Source of the DNA: Oscillospiraceae bacterium
GTDB taxonomy: Bacteria > Bacillota > Clostridia > Oscillospirales > CAG-272
Reading direction: 5' to 3'
Length of the DNA stretch: 64,000 bases
Assembly (NCBI GenBank): GCA_015064395.1
Contig: SVSH01000006.1
Span: 14,114 to 78,113 of the forward strand
Notes under the pieces: model-generated
Told to the model about the DNA's origin: nothing
Database searches by the model: none
Seen by the model: the letters and a program-made list of their open reading frames with translations, nothing else
Program-made: the position numbers and the translations under genes
In this document: piece after piece, positions 1 through 9,192 of the stretch
How the letters are laid out: the number at the start of each line of letters is the position of its first letter
How positions within the stretch are numbered: position 1 is the stretch's first letter

Positions 1-1398
1 TCCTTCCACCTTGGCGCTCAACGTGCCCCCCGGGAGCTCTCTGACACGAACGATAAAGTCCGCAAAGGCTTCTGTACTCACGTCGCCATAGCAAAGAGCG
101 CTGAGCTGATAATCCTTTGCCAGACTCGTAGCATCCACGCCCAGCAAAGCACCCAGCAAGTAGCACACCGTGCCGGTTCGGTCTTGACCGTAGGTACAGT
201 GCAGATAGATGGGATAGTTCTCAGGCTTTGCCAGATCCGAAAAGATTTGGCGCATCTTTTCAGCATTCTCTTGGCTGTTGAATATATTGCCATACATCGG
301 AGCGGAATAATACGTGTGCTTGACACCGGGACCCAAGGCATCCGTTCCGTACAGGTTGTCGGTGGGCAGTCGGAGATCCATATCCATCTTGACGCCCAAA
401 ACTGTCAGCATCGTGTTAAGCCCTTCCGCCGTAATACGATACGTCGGTTCGACTGCACCGTCGAGCTCCTGGCCACGGTAAAGCAGTCCCTGCGTGATCA
501 CACTTCCGTCTACCGTCGTCCAACCGCCAAAATCGCGGATATTACGCACACCGTCTACCATCAAAAGCCGCGGTCCCTTGCCCGTTTTGAAGCTGCCGCT
601 GACCGATGTAGTCGCACCACTGATAAAAACAAAATTGATGCGGTAGTAGTGTTGCGTGCCCGTCTTCAGATTGTAGAATTCCGCTGTCCCACGATAGCCA
701 TGTGTCAAAACGATCTGCGGACGCTCAAAGCCCGGGTTATCCGCCACGATAAATTCGGCCGATTGCACGTAATCGCCGCTTGGGATACCGGTCAGCTCAT
801 ATTCCAGTTCAAAGGGCAAGCTGATATCCAACCGAGTGTTCGCAGAGCTATGCTGATCGACAAAATCCTTGACCGGCGTACTCAGATCCAACTGCATATA
901 CGCCTGCACAACGGGAGCGATGACGTTCACGTCGCCCGAGAAGAGCGGCACGTGGATCTGCAGCTTGTCCGTTCCCTCTTCCGTCCCGGGGGTTTGTGAC
1001 CCGCCCGAGGGATCTCCCTGCGAATTTTGGTGCATCTGCTTGTCCAACTGACTGCCAAGCAGAGCCAGGCACACCACAAAGATGATGGTCATTGCGGCAT
1101 AAATCAGATAGTGCTTGTTGTATTTAATAAAGTTCTTGAAATTTTCCTTTCCTCGGCTCGCAGGCTTCTTCTTTCTCCGTCTGTGAGAGGAATGATGATG
1201 GTGGTGGCCATGCCCGCTGTGGTGGTGATGGTGACCGCTGTGATGATGGCTGTCATATGAATGGTAATCGACACCGTCCGAGTGAGAATGCTTTCCCGAA
1301 CGGTCACCCGATCTCGCTGGAAGATCACTATTAGGCGCTCCCCGGTTCAATGTGTCAAACATATCCTCCCGACTATCTGTCCAATCTTTCTCTGTCAT
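1..1398 (-). CDS. Membrane-anchored CX5R tyrosine-phosphatase-like protein (Y_phosphatase3/PF13350-like) with His-rich N-terminus; 3' end runs off the window
   Basis: Absent from the supplied ORF track because there is no stop inside the window. My own translation of the minus strand from ATG 1398..1396 stays open to base 1 (466 codons). It reads MTEKDWTDSRED...HSYDSHHHSGHHHHHSGHGHHHHHSSHRRRKKK, then one TM helix (YLIYAAMTIIFVVCLALLG). Downstream come VRNIRDFGG and the P-loop HCTYGQDRTG (HCxxGxxR[ST]) at nt ~172-201. Confidence 0.75.
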   Translation of the reverse strand, partial: MTEKDWTDSREDMFDTLNRGAPNSDLPARSGDRSGKHSHSDGVDYHSYDSHHHSGHHHHHSGHGHHHHHSSHRRRKKKPASRGKENFKNFIKYNKHYLIYAAMTIIFVVCLALLGSQLDKQMHQNSQGDPSGGSQTPGTEEGTDKLQIHVPLFSGDVNVIAPVVQAYMQLDLSTPVKDFVDQHSSANTRLDISLPFELEYELTGIPSGDYVQSAEFIVADNPGFERPQIVLTHGYRGTAEFYNLKTGTQHYYRINFVFISGATTSVSGSFKTGKGPRLLMVDGVRNIRDFGGWTTVDGSVITQGLLYRGQELDGAVEPTYRITAEGLNTMLTVLGVKMDMDLRLPTDNLYGTDALGPGVKHTYYSAPMYGNIFNSQENAEKMRQIFSDLAKPENYPIYLHCTYGQDRTGTVCYLLGALLGVDATSLAKDYQLSALCYGDVSTEAFADFIVRVRELPGGTLSAKVEG

Positions 1399-1520
1399 CT
1401 TGTACTCCTTACTTTATAGCTAATTGACTTTGAAAACCCATTTGCTAATTATCCGCGCCTCTATTTTTGACAACCCACATTTTTACACCGTTGATGATCG
1501 TCGCCGCACATTTCCAAATT

Positions 1521-2450
1521 TTATGATTCCATATTTTTGTCCAACATGTCTAAAATAACTTGATCAACATTCACGTCAAACTTACGAGCAAACAACATTT
1601 CCGAATGGATAAGTTGATCATAATGTTCTTTGGTCAGTATTATCGGATGCCCGCCATCAAAAACATGAAACCAGCGTCTTTCCAAATAATTGCCTTGTTC
1701 ATCAAGTTCAATACCACACTCTTCCTTATGCTTCATTATCGCGGTTTGGAAAAATGTCTCATCGCAACCAAATGCATCGCTTATAGCTCTGCAAAAAGGC
1801 TCATTCCTACGTTCCTGAAGCATCAGATCAATTATATTGTCAGGAAGCATCCACCACTGAGCGCCGCAACAATTAAGATATCCCATTTCTTTCAATCTTG
1901 CATTTGGCGACTTACAAAATAATTCTTTAATCGTAGAAATCAAAAACACAAATCCTCCCGGAATGTATCTCAAAACCCTGTACATTCTAAAAGAAAAATG
2001 CTTTTTGAGGAAAGCGTATGTTTTTAACTTGAAGCGCTTTAATATATATACATGTTGAAAAACCTTTTTGACATAATTGGTTTCGGTTGGCGCAATTATA
2101 TCAATAAACGGTTTGGGATAACTTTCCTCTAAAAAGTTGTGAATTTTCTCCATGTTCTGGAGAGGGTAACATTGTCCGCTAACCAAAACAAAATATTTAT
2201 ACGAATCCTGCTTTTTAGCAGCACGAATCAATTCGAATTCTGCTTCTACCAACGAAAATTCAAAAAGACACGCATCATGCCGTTTCGGCACAAAAAAGAC
2301 ATTTTCCGGAATGTCTAATTCATCCGGAGAAAAAGGAGCCTTCTTATCAACATGAATAAAAATATCAACGTTAGCGTGATTTAGCCTTCTAATCAGTCGT
2401 TCGACTTGTTCCTTATTTTTATGAACCAACAAAAGAATGGCAATTTTCAT
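1521..2450 (-). CDS. Glycosyltransferase family 14 (core-2/I-branching enzyme type)
   Basis: 309-aa ORF with an ATG start. N-terminus MKIAILLLVHKNKEQVERLIRRL...IFIHVDKK and overall layout are typical of the Branch/GT14 family. Sits in the EPS locus context. Confidence 0.75.
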   Translation of the reverse strand: MKIAILLLVHKNKEQVERLIRRLNHANVDIFIHVDKKAPFSPDELDIPENVFFVPKRHDACLFEFSLVEAEFELIRAAKKQDSYKYFVLVSGQCYPLQNMEKIHNFLEESYPKPFIDIIAPTETNYVKKVFQHVYILKRFKLKTYAFLKKHFSFRMYRVLRYIPGGFVFLISTIKELFCKSPNARLKEMGYLNCCGAQWWMLPDNIIDLMLQERRNEPFCRAISDAFGCDETFFQTAIMKHKEECGIELDEQGNYLERRWFHVFDGGHPIILTKEHYDQLIHSEMLFARKFDVNVDQVILDMLDKNMES

Positions 2451-2470
2451 ACTTTATTAAATAAAATTCA

Positions 2471-2992
2471 TTATCTCCTCGTTTTAATTGGCTTTGCCGG
2501 CACGCCTCCAACAATTGTGTATGGAGGTACATCACATGTTACTATCGCGCCCGCTGCAATGATGCTACCATCCCCTATGTGCACCCCAGGTAAAATAATG
2601 ACACGATCGCCGATCCACACGTCATTACCGATAACCACGGGCCTCTCCTCTTCAAAACCCTGATGCATCATAGGAATATCCGTTCGGTCAAACAAATGAT
2701 TGCGCGCTATGATAACCACATCGGTCCCCATCATAACGTAATTACCGATCGTACACGTCCCGTGAATACGTGCATTAATGCCAATGCCCGAATAGTCGCC
2801 CAGCGAAACTCTCGCGGAAAAAATCGCATTCTTTTCAATATTAACCTTCTTGCCGCAATGCTTTAGCATCAATTTTCCGCAAAAGGCGCGAATGGCTCTT
2901 TGACCGATTTGAACACTCGAATATGAGGGGGGTAAATGCTTGGCAATGGAGTAATATATCAACGCTCCTGCTTTTCTGAAAAATCTTTCCAT
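2471..2992 (-). CDS. Hexapeptide-repeat (left-handed beta-helix) O-acetyltransferase
   Basis: 173-aa ORF with repeated [LIV]G-x4 hexapeptides (IGINARIHGTCTIGNYVMMGTDVVI...IGNDVWIGDRVIILPGVHIGDGSIIAAGAIV). Confidence 0.8.
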   Translation of the reverse strand: MERFFRKAGALIYYSIAKHLPPSYSSVQIGQRAIRAFCGKLMLKHCGKKVNIEKNAIFSARVSLGDYSGIGINARIHGTCTIGNYVMMGTDVVIIARNHLFDRTDIPMMHQGFEEERPVVIGNDVWIGDRVIILPGVHIGDGSIIAAGAIVTCDVPPYTIVGGVPAKPIKTRR

Positions 2993-3006
2993 ATAATTCC
3001 CCGACC

Positions 3007-4518
3007 TTATTTGTTTTTGGACATTTTAGTCTTTAATCCTAAATATTTCTTGGCTATGTCAGGATAAAGCCCCATAGAAAGCAGCACAGAAATAAAGCCT
3101 ACTACGAATACCGTTACAAAGCCACCAACAACCCATCGCCAGTAGTTATATAATGGAGCCTGGTTTGCAATGCTTATACCAATAAACGAAATAATGCTAA
3201 ATCCTGCCATGGTGACAAAAAAACGAATTAACAGGGATTTCATCTTAACCTGTAGAATCTTTTTGGCGGAGAAAACCATATAATACAGCCCTTTATAAAT
3301 GGCTGACATCAATGTTCCAACTGCAACTCCAACAAGCGGATTCCAAAATATCAGGGCCAAGGAAACAACAATATTCACAGCTGTTTCTCCGTAAGCCCCT
3401 AGCTTACTCTCTTTCAGCTTATTAGCCGCGATAGTCAGATTAAAGCAGGGCCAGATTAAGCAGCTAATGGCTTCTGCCATAACCATCAAAAAAGCAAAGG
3501 TGGGCTGTACATAATTGGCATCGGTCGTACCGCTTGTATACAACTTCACAAAGGGAACAATAAGAATCGCAGCCGTTCCAAAGAAGGCAATTACAAGAAC
3601 TGTCAATATCAGCTTGTATTTTTCATAGGTCGCTTTGAGTTCTTCATTCTCTCCCTTAGCGATCATATCACCAAATACAGCTTCCATTCCTCCCGTAAAG
3701 GACGTCACGATGCTTCTCAAGCTAAACGTGATCAAGTGGTATACCGAATAAACCGCAACAAATTTCAGATCTGCGAATACCGTCAAGATAAGAACATCCG
3801 TACTGTTTTGCACCACGTAAGCCACGTGTTGAGCGATCCCCGTTACCTTATTTTCGAGCACTGCCCTAGTTTTGGATTTTTTGATTTTATAGTGCCCTTT
3901 AATATAAATCGTAAAAACAAGCGGCTTGATCAAAAAGACAATGCTACTTGCCAATTTTACCCAAAGAATGCCGGAGCCGGCAGATACGAGAAGAGTGATT
4001 GCTGCCAAATTCAAGAGATTCGACAGCATTGATACCGAATTGACAATGTACTGACGCTGGTGGGCATTAAGAAGCGTGATATTCGATATGCCCCACATAT
4101 ACTCCGCAAACTTGCTCAACGCGATCGCCAAAACAAGTGCAAATACATACTTGCGGTCAAACACCGTCACATCCGCGATATCATAATATACAGTTGCCAA
4201 GACAAGCGTATATCCCACAAATGCCACACCAATGATGGTGAAAAAGCGTTTAATCGCCAAGTAAATACGGCTGATCTGCTCCTCGTCTCCGGCGGCCAGC
4301 GGCCCGTACAAAGCACCTCTTGCCACGCGCCCAATGCCACCCTCGAACAGAGAGATGTAGGCCAAAAATTGGGCAATAGATGTCGTAGCACCATAAGCCT
4401 CCGAGCCAAAGTGATCAATCATGATCCAAGGGATCACGATCCCAACTGCGGTGGAAACAAGTTGTGCCAGCAAAGAAGACAGTGCATTGACTTTCGCCCG
4501 ACGCATGCGTTTATCCAT
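3007..4518 (-). CDS. wzx: Polysaccharide flippase, Wzx / MOP (PST) superfamily
   Basis: Polytopic membrane ORF with about 12-14 hydrophobic segments. I prefer ATG 4518 (GTGAGGA lies 8 nt upstream) over the GTG at 4533. It overlaps the upstream gene's stop by 8 nt. Confidence 0.8.
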   Translation of the reverse strand: MDKRMRRAKVNALSSLLAQLVSTAVGIVIPWIMIDHFGSEAYGATTSIAQFLAYISLFEGGIGRVARGALYGPLAAGDEEQISRIYLAIKRFFTIIGVAFVGYTLVLATVYYDIADVTVFDRKYVFALVLAIALSKFAEYMWGISNITLLNAHQRQYIVNSVSMLSNLLNLAAITLLVSAGSGILWVKLASSIVFLIKPLVFTIYIKGHYKIKKSKTRAVLENKVTGIAQHVAYVVQNSTDVLILTVFADLKFVAVYSVYHLITFSLRSIVTSFTGGMEAVFGDMIAKGENEELKATYEKYKLILTVLVIAFFGTAAILIVPFVKLYTSGTTDANYVQPTFAFLMVMAEAISCLIWPCFNLTIAANKLKESKLGAYGETAVNIVVSLALIFWNPLVGVAVGTLMSAIYKGLYYMVFSAKKILQVKMKSLLIRFFVTMAGFSIISFIGISIANQAPLYNYWRWVVGGFVTVFVVGFISVLLSMGLYPDIAKKYLGLKTKMSKNK

Positions 4519-5623
4519 GAATAGCATCCTCACTTAATGCATCCTTCAAATAATTCAGAGAAGCTTTCCTTAAAGCGGCTAACCGCTCTGACATAATCGA
4601 AAAATTCGCAGGTACAGGAGTGATGTTCTCCTCCAGTGGGACAACCCGATCTCGCAACGCAAGTGCACTTACAATATTATTTAAACGAGAGTTTGTCAAC
4701 GACGAGAGCTCCAAATAAAAATCTTTTTCAAAAATGACCGAAAAAGCCGTCCCATGGAAGGAATTGGTTACCACATAGCGCGCATGGTGAATTAACCATA
4801 GCCAAGTCGCTGGAGATATATCTACCGCATAGCGGACTACGGAATCCTTACTTTGGTTCCTATTTGCCCACTGTCCCCCAACAACGATCATCTTGAGCCC
4901 TTGCTGTTGTGCAAAAGAGCGGCACTTGGCAAACAGTCGAGGAGAAGACTTAACCGTATAATACAGAACAAACTCTTCGCCCACAGAAAAACCGGTGTCC
5001 TCCAGGGCTTGCCACTGCGACGCCTCCAATAACAGAGTAGGGTCTAGCACAATCGGCACTTCCCTGCCGATCATATCAGCAATGATGGCTTGTCCCTGCG
5101 CCTCACGCACCGAAAGTGAAGAAAATTTAGTTAATTCCCTCTTGGCTCCTGCAACAAAATCTTCCGGGAGCGTATCAAGTCCAAAGCTGGGAGCATAGGA
5201 AATGCGCCGTGTAGAATCACTGCAAAAGTCGAGAAAATAACTCAGATCCCCGCCGGTTATATTGGGGTTCCACACCTGATCACTACCACAGATGACCGCA
5301 TCGTATCTCAGCCCCACTGTTGGGAGCATGTTCCTACCCGAAAAGAAATTTCTAGGATATAAAGGTATGTTCTTCTTTTCGAACGCAGAAGAACGGGCAT
5401 ACAAAGACGCGTGCAGTATTCTTCTTGCCGTTCGCTTCATAGCGTGCGCAAATGCCGATGACTGTCCAGCCCGACAATGATTTTCCTTTTTCATAAAAGA
5501 ACTATAATAATTGATCGCCTCCACCTCGTGACCGAGTGCACCAACGGCATAACATAACGCATACATCTGCAACGTTGCGCCATAACTTGCCGAATTAGGA
5601 AATGTAAAAATACCGACCTTCAT
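4511..5623 (-). CDS. Polysaccharide pyruvyl transferase family protein
   Basis: MKVGIFTFPNSASYGATLQMYAL N-terminus plus a C-terminal NSFHGTAFSVIF motif are typical of PS_pyruv_trans. ATG 5623 is preceded by GGAGAA. Confidence 0.8.
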   Translation of the reverse strand: MKVGIFTFPNSASYGATLQMYALCYAVGALGHEVEAINYYSSFMKKENHCRAGQSSAFAHAMKRTARRILHASLYARSSAFEKKNIPLYPRNFFSGRNMLPTVGLRYDAVICGSDQVWNPNITGGDLSYFLDFCSDSTRRISYAPSFGLDTLPEDFVAGAKRELTKFSSLSVREAQGQAIIADMIGREVPIVLDPTLLLEASQWQALEDTGFSVGEEFVLYYTVKSSPRLFAKCRSFAQQQGLKMIVVGGQWANRNQSKDSVVRYAVDISPATWLWLIHHARYVVTNSFHGTAFSVIFEKDFYLELSSLTNSRLNNIVSALALRDRVVPLEENITPVPANFSIMSERLAALRKASLNYLKDALSEDAIHG

Positions 5624-5711
5624 ATTGTTCTCCTGTCCGTAAATAACTGAAATGCAATAGAAAACAGCCGACAAGTTCGCCTACTTTCTATTGGACTCCA
5701 ACATATGAGTT

Positions 5712-5750
5712 TCACCAAATTGCTGCCAAGCCTTTTGGCTTGGCAGCAAT
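5712..5750 (-). terminator. Hairpin terminator downstream of the 1072-aa surface-protein gene
   Basis: Perfect 14-bp stem ATTGCTGCCAAGCC/GGCTTGGCAGCAAT (5719-5750) with a 4-nt loop. On the minus strand it is followed only by TTTGGTG, a weak U tract. Confidence 0.5.
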
Positions 5751-5764
5751 ATTTGAGTTATAAC

Positions 5765-8700
5765 TTATTTAGCGGGATAGTACTTACCGTCCGTACCCCA
5801 ATCGTATTCGCCTCTCTCAAGGTAATCGTTGCGAGTAGTGGGCCAGTATTTACCGGTTGCGAGTTGACCGTTGGAGCGGACGTAGATGTAGAAAGTTTCG
5901 CCTTCCTCATCAATCAGTTCAACAACACCCAAACCGATCTGCTTCTTTCCATTGACGTAGTAGTAGAAATTTCCACCGTCTGCTACGATGCCGTCCAGAA
6001 CCTCTGTGGAAGGATAGTACTTACCATCCGTACCCCAATCGTATTCACCTCTCTCAAGGTAACCGTTGCGAGTGGTAGGCCAGTACTTGCCCGTTGCGAG
6101 CTGGCCGTTGGAACGAACGTAAATGTAGAAGGTGCCATCCTTATCGGTCATCTTAACTACACCCTTGCCCTTTGCCAGAACGCCGTTCTCATAGTAGAAG
6201 TAGTCATTTCCGATCTTCTGAATGCCGTTCTCAACGATCAGCTTGCCGTTATCGCCGAAGTAGTAAACAGTGCCATTCATTGTCAAACCGGAGTTGAAAT
6301 CTCTTGTAGCGTAAACCTTATCGGTAGCCATCACGTTGCCGCCGTTGACCTTATCGCCCGCGAAGTAGTAGTAGTCGTTGCCAACCTTTACCATACCAAC
6401 GTGCCAAGGAGCCATACCATCGATAAAGTAGGACTTGCCCGCAATACCGTCGTACTGCACGAACTTACCGTCTTCATCGAAGTAGAATACGGCAGTGGTA
6501 GCATCGGAATACTTGGAGGTATCCTTGTGAGCTTCCCAGTAAGCCTTGTCGGAGGCGTTGGGAGCATAAGTTACGCCGTTGATGGCAACCTCGGGATAAG
6601 GAACGCGGGTGATACCCTCTGCGCGGACGCCGGTTGTGGTATTGAAGTAATACCACGCATTGTCAATCACATGCCAGCCGGTTACCATTGCAGCATTCTC
6701 GTAGTACGTCTTGCCTTCCCAGCCGGTGAAGGTAGCACCGCAAGTGCAGGTGTAGTCAGCGTCGCCGGTGTTGTAGTCGTGAGCCTCATCGGTCACATAA
6801 GCACCATCGCAGCAATCATAGGTTGCGGAGTGGGTGTCACCGTTGTTGGTGTAGACAGGCTTGCCGGTGTGGTTCTTGGTTTCCGTAAAGGTCGCATGAA
6901 TTTCCACGTTACCGGCAGGCATCGTTTCAGGAATTTCCTTGTCCCATCCGGCAAAAGTGTAGACGCTACAACCAACCTGATCCTTGTGCGGGATTCTCGT
7001 TTCAGGTGTAATTGCGGCACCGTATTCATAAGCCTCCGACGCATAAATTCTTCCATCAACCCAATAAGAGATATAATACTGCAGGGGAGCAATGACAACG
7101 TAAAGTTTTACAGTGTATACGCCCCTTTCAGCATCATATACCGCATTGTCGGTAATCACGGAAATTCTATGAATGATCGTGGAGCAGACCTTTTCACCGT
7201 TGGGCTCCAACGAAAAACCAACGAATCCGTGTCCCTCCAAAGAGGTTCCGGTTCCGGGAATACCGTTAAAGTTAGTAACGTTCGTGGAAATCCAAGTTGT
7301 ATATTTATGTTGTCTTCTTTCCAAAAGCGTGTTACCATTGGCAGAGTAAACCTCCACGCGGTAGGTGTTTTCAGTAAACACCATAGTAATGGTGGTATCC
7401 TCTGTGATTCCCTTGCCGTTATGACTCCAGGAAGCGGTGTATCCGGGCTTGCCATAGGGCACTTCCGGAACACTTTGCGCATCCTTGCCGTATTCCACTG
7501 TTTCCGCGTAAACGACGTCACCATTTTCCTTGATCCAGGTAAACGTAAAGGTTTCAACCTTGCCACAATCGCACTTGTGTGCAGCGTTGTTGTAGTTATG
7601 AGGAACATTTGCCGTCTTCAGAGTACCGCAGCACTTGTGATACTCGTCGTGGGTGGTAGCGGTAACGTTCTCATAGGTGACCTCGTCGGAGGCGTGGTTG
7701 GTGGAATCCTTGTCGCCGTGGGGCTGGCCGCACTCGTCACAGACAGCCTTTTGCGTGCAGTATGCAGTGCCGCCGATGTGATCTGTTACGCTCGTATTGC
7801 CGCAGTTAGCATCGCAAGCGTGGTTGCCGTCGCCGGTCTTGTCAGCGCAAGCTACGTTCTTTTCGCCCTCGATCGCCTGATCGCAATCGTTACAATACTT
7901 AGTGTGAGTATTAGTACCAACACCGTCGCTAGTATAACGAAACCCAAGCGTATGGCCGTGACCTTTCGCTTCGCCGACCTCAACGGTCAGGGTGTCGCTT
8001 ACTGCATCACAGTTGTCGCACTGTACGTAGTAGGTTGCCGCATTTGTACAATCAGCTTCAGATGCCAGTTCGCCGGAAGCCTTGCTGTTGAAAGTATGGC
8101 CTGCGGGGATCAGCAGATAGCCCTCGTTTGTCAGAGAGAAGGAGGGATCCTTGCCGATGTTGTAGTAGCCACCATTATCACTGTCTCTGAAATAGTTGCC
8201 GCAGGGGCACATATAGTACTGCTTATGACCGTTCTCGGTGCAGGTTGCGGGTTTTTCCTCAATTGTTTCCCAAGCGGATACATCGTCTTTGCACCCTACA
8301 TTCTCACTAACAGTCTCATCGCAATCAGCACAAACTACCTTGTGGGAGGAGGGATCACTAGCGATCGCCTCAATCTTGGTGTTGGTGTGCTCGCAAGCGA
8401 GAGCGGAAGAGCCGATGGTGATGGTAGCGCCCTCGATGGCGAAATCGGTAGCCAGGTTGCCATGACGAAGAAAATTATTGGGATTATACTTCTCAGCATT
8501 CATAGTGAGGGAGTATTCTCCGGAAGCGGCATCATCCTTGACCTTGAAGGTAGCAGTGAAGAAGTGCTCTTCATAGCGGACCTGAGTCGCACTGGCGGTA
8601 GCACGCAGATACTGCACGTTGCAGTTCTTGGCTACTCCATTTTCGTCGATGGGGCCAAACATAATGTACCTGTTGCTGGAGGCATTGTACTTGGAACCCA

Positions 8701-8983
8701 CCTCAATCTGGGGGAGCCAAGCCTCCTCGTCTTCATCGTAATAAGTGACCAGCTCAAAAACATCGTGATCATAAGCGATATCAACTAGAGCACCGATCAA
8801 TCCGGGCTCGGGGATGTTCAGCAGGTTCACGGTGACCTCAAACTCGTCGCCAGCGTTCAGCTCAGTTTCTTCCACATAGATCTGAATAGTGGGCTTATCA
8901 GCCTCAGCAGCAGAAACGGTGGCGAAAGGAATTAAGGTACACAGCATCAAAGCAAACAAGAAAATTGCTAACAGTTTTTTCAT
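5765..8983 (-). CDS. Secreted anchor-type surface protein with signal peptide, cohesin-like module, Cys/His-rich units, Listeria-Bacteroides-type (Flg_new) repeats and C-terminal choline-binding-type cell-wall repeats
   Basis: The track ORF starts at GTG 8995; I prefer ATG 8983 (MKKLLAIFLFALMLCTLIPFATVSA/AEA). Flg_new-like segments include YTASWSHNGKGITEDTTITMVF and YTFAGWDKEIPETMPAGNVEIHATF. The C-terminus carries repeats such as GWHVIDNAWYYFN, YYFDEDGKF, VYYFGDNGKL and YFYYENGVLAKG. Confidence 0.85.
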   Translation of the reverse strand: MKKLLAIFLFALMLCTLIPFATVSAAEADKPTIQIYVEETELNAGDEFEVTVNLLNIPEPGLIGALVDIAYDHDVFELVTYYDEDEEAWLPQIEVGSKYNASSNRYIMFGPIDENGVAKNCNVQYLRATASATQVRYEEHFFTATFKVKDDAASGEYSLTMNAEKYNPNNFLRHGNLATDFAIEGATITIGSSALACEHTNTKIEAIASDPSSHKVVCADCDETVSENVGCKDDVSAWETIEEKPATCTENGHKQYYMCPCGNYFRDSDNGGYYNIGKDPSFSLTNEGYLLIPAGHTFNSKASGELASEADCTNAATYYVQCDNCDAVSDTLTVEVGEAKGHGHTLGFRYTSDGVGTNTHTKYCNDCDQAIEGEKNVACADKTGDGNHACDANCGNTSVTDHIGGTAYCTQKAVCDECGQPHGDKDSTNHASDEVTYENVTATTHDEYHKCCGTLKTANVPHNYNNAAHKCDCGKVETFTFTWIKENGDVVYAETVEYGKDAQSVPEVPYGKPGYTASWSHNGKGITEDTTITMVFTENTYRVEVYSANGNTLLERRQHKYTTWISTNVTNFNGIPGTGTSLEGHGFVGFSLEPNGEKVCSTIIHRISVITDNAVYDAERGVYTVKLYVVIAPLQYYISYWVDGRIYASEAYEYGAAITPETRIPHKDQVGCSVYTFAGWDKEIPETMPAGNVEIHATFTETKNHTGKPVYTNNGDTHSATYDCCDGAYVTDEAHDYNTGDADYTCTCGATFTGWEGKTYYENAAMVTGWHVIDNAWYYFNTTTGVRAEGITRVPYPEVAINGVTYAPNASDKAYWEAHKDTSKYSDATTAVFYFDEDGKFVQYDGIAGKSYFIDGMAPWHVGMVKVGNDYYYFAGDKVNGGNVMATDKVYATRDFNSGLTMNGTVYYFGDNGKLIVENGIQKIGNDYFYYENGVLAKGKGVVKMTDKDGTFYIYVRSNGQLATGKYWPTTRNGYLERGEYDWGTDGKYYPSTEVLDGIVADGGNFYYYVNGKKQIGLGVVELIDEEGETFYIYVRSNGQLATGKYWPTTRNDYLERGEYDWGTDGKYYPAK
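5768..6735 (-). repeat. Array of CW_binding_1-type (choline/glucan-binding) aromatic repeats, including a near-identical 79-aa tandem pair
   Basis: About 10 repeats of the GW/YYF-x-x-x-G type. The last two units (FYIYVRSNGQLATGKYWPTTRN[GD]YLERGEYDWGTDGKYYP) repeat at a 237-nt offset (5775 vs 6012). Confidence 0.7.
8411..8899 (-). other. Cohesin-like module (aa ~33-195 of the anchor protein)
   Basis: The pattern IQIYVEETELNAGDEFEVTVNLLNIPEPGLIGALVDIAYDHDVFELV...FFTATFKVKDDAASGEYSLTM...AIEGATITI mirrors the cohesin beta-sandwich signature (GxxVxVxVxLxNxP..G....D..L.YD..V.E.V ... F..I.FKVK....G.Y.L). Judged by eye only. Confidence 0.5.
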
Positions 8984-9019
8984 TTGTGTATACACACCTT
9001 TCTAAATTTTTCGTACAAA

Positions 9020-9171
9020 GCAGAGTGTCGCACTCTGCGCGGAGCAAATCATACCGCAACAGGGGAGCGTTACCGATATATTTTACTCATTTCCCGTATA
9101 GGTACGGGAAAGTTTTGTAAATGGTTTGTCAGATGACATACGCCCTCGGTGGTTGGGGATTACCAACCACC
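9020..9171 (-). promoter_or_regulatory. Hairpin-rich 197-nt spacer between adaptor and anchor genes, possibly an attenuator or partial terminator
   Basis: Three stems. First, GGTGGTTGG/CCAACCACC (9148-9171). Second, TTCCCGTA/TACGGGAA (9091-9110). Third, GCAGAGTG/CACTCTGC (9020-9038), followed on the minus strand by TTTGTACGAAAAATTT just before the RBS. Confidence 0.35.
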
Positions 9172-9192
9172 CGGCACGCAGTCATTGTATAG

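Noticed and set aside
184-999. 271-aa plus-strand ORF offered by the track at the left edge
   Set aside because: The opposite strand carries a 466-codon open frame with a TM helix and a canonical HCxxGxxR phosphatase P-loop. The plus ORF has no recognisable features.
5705-8788. 1027-aa plus-strand ORF, the second-longest in that region
   Set aside because: It is an antisense shadow of the 5765-8983 minus-strand gene. It has no RBS and its composition is a Val/Gly/Ile/Ser-rich nonsense pattern. The minus frame, by contrast, has a signal peptide, cohesin-like and cell-wall-binding repeat motifs.
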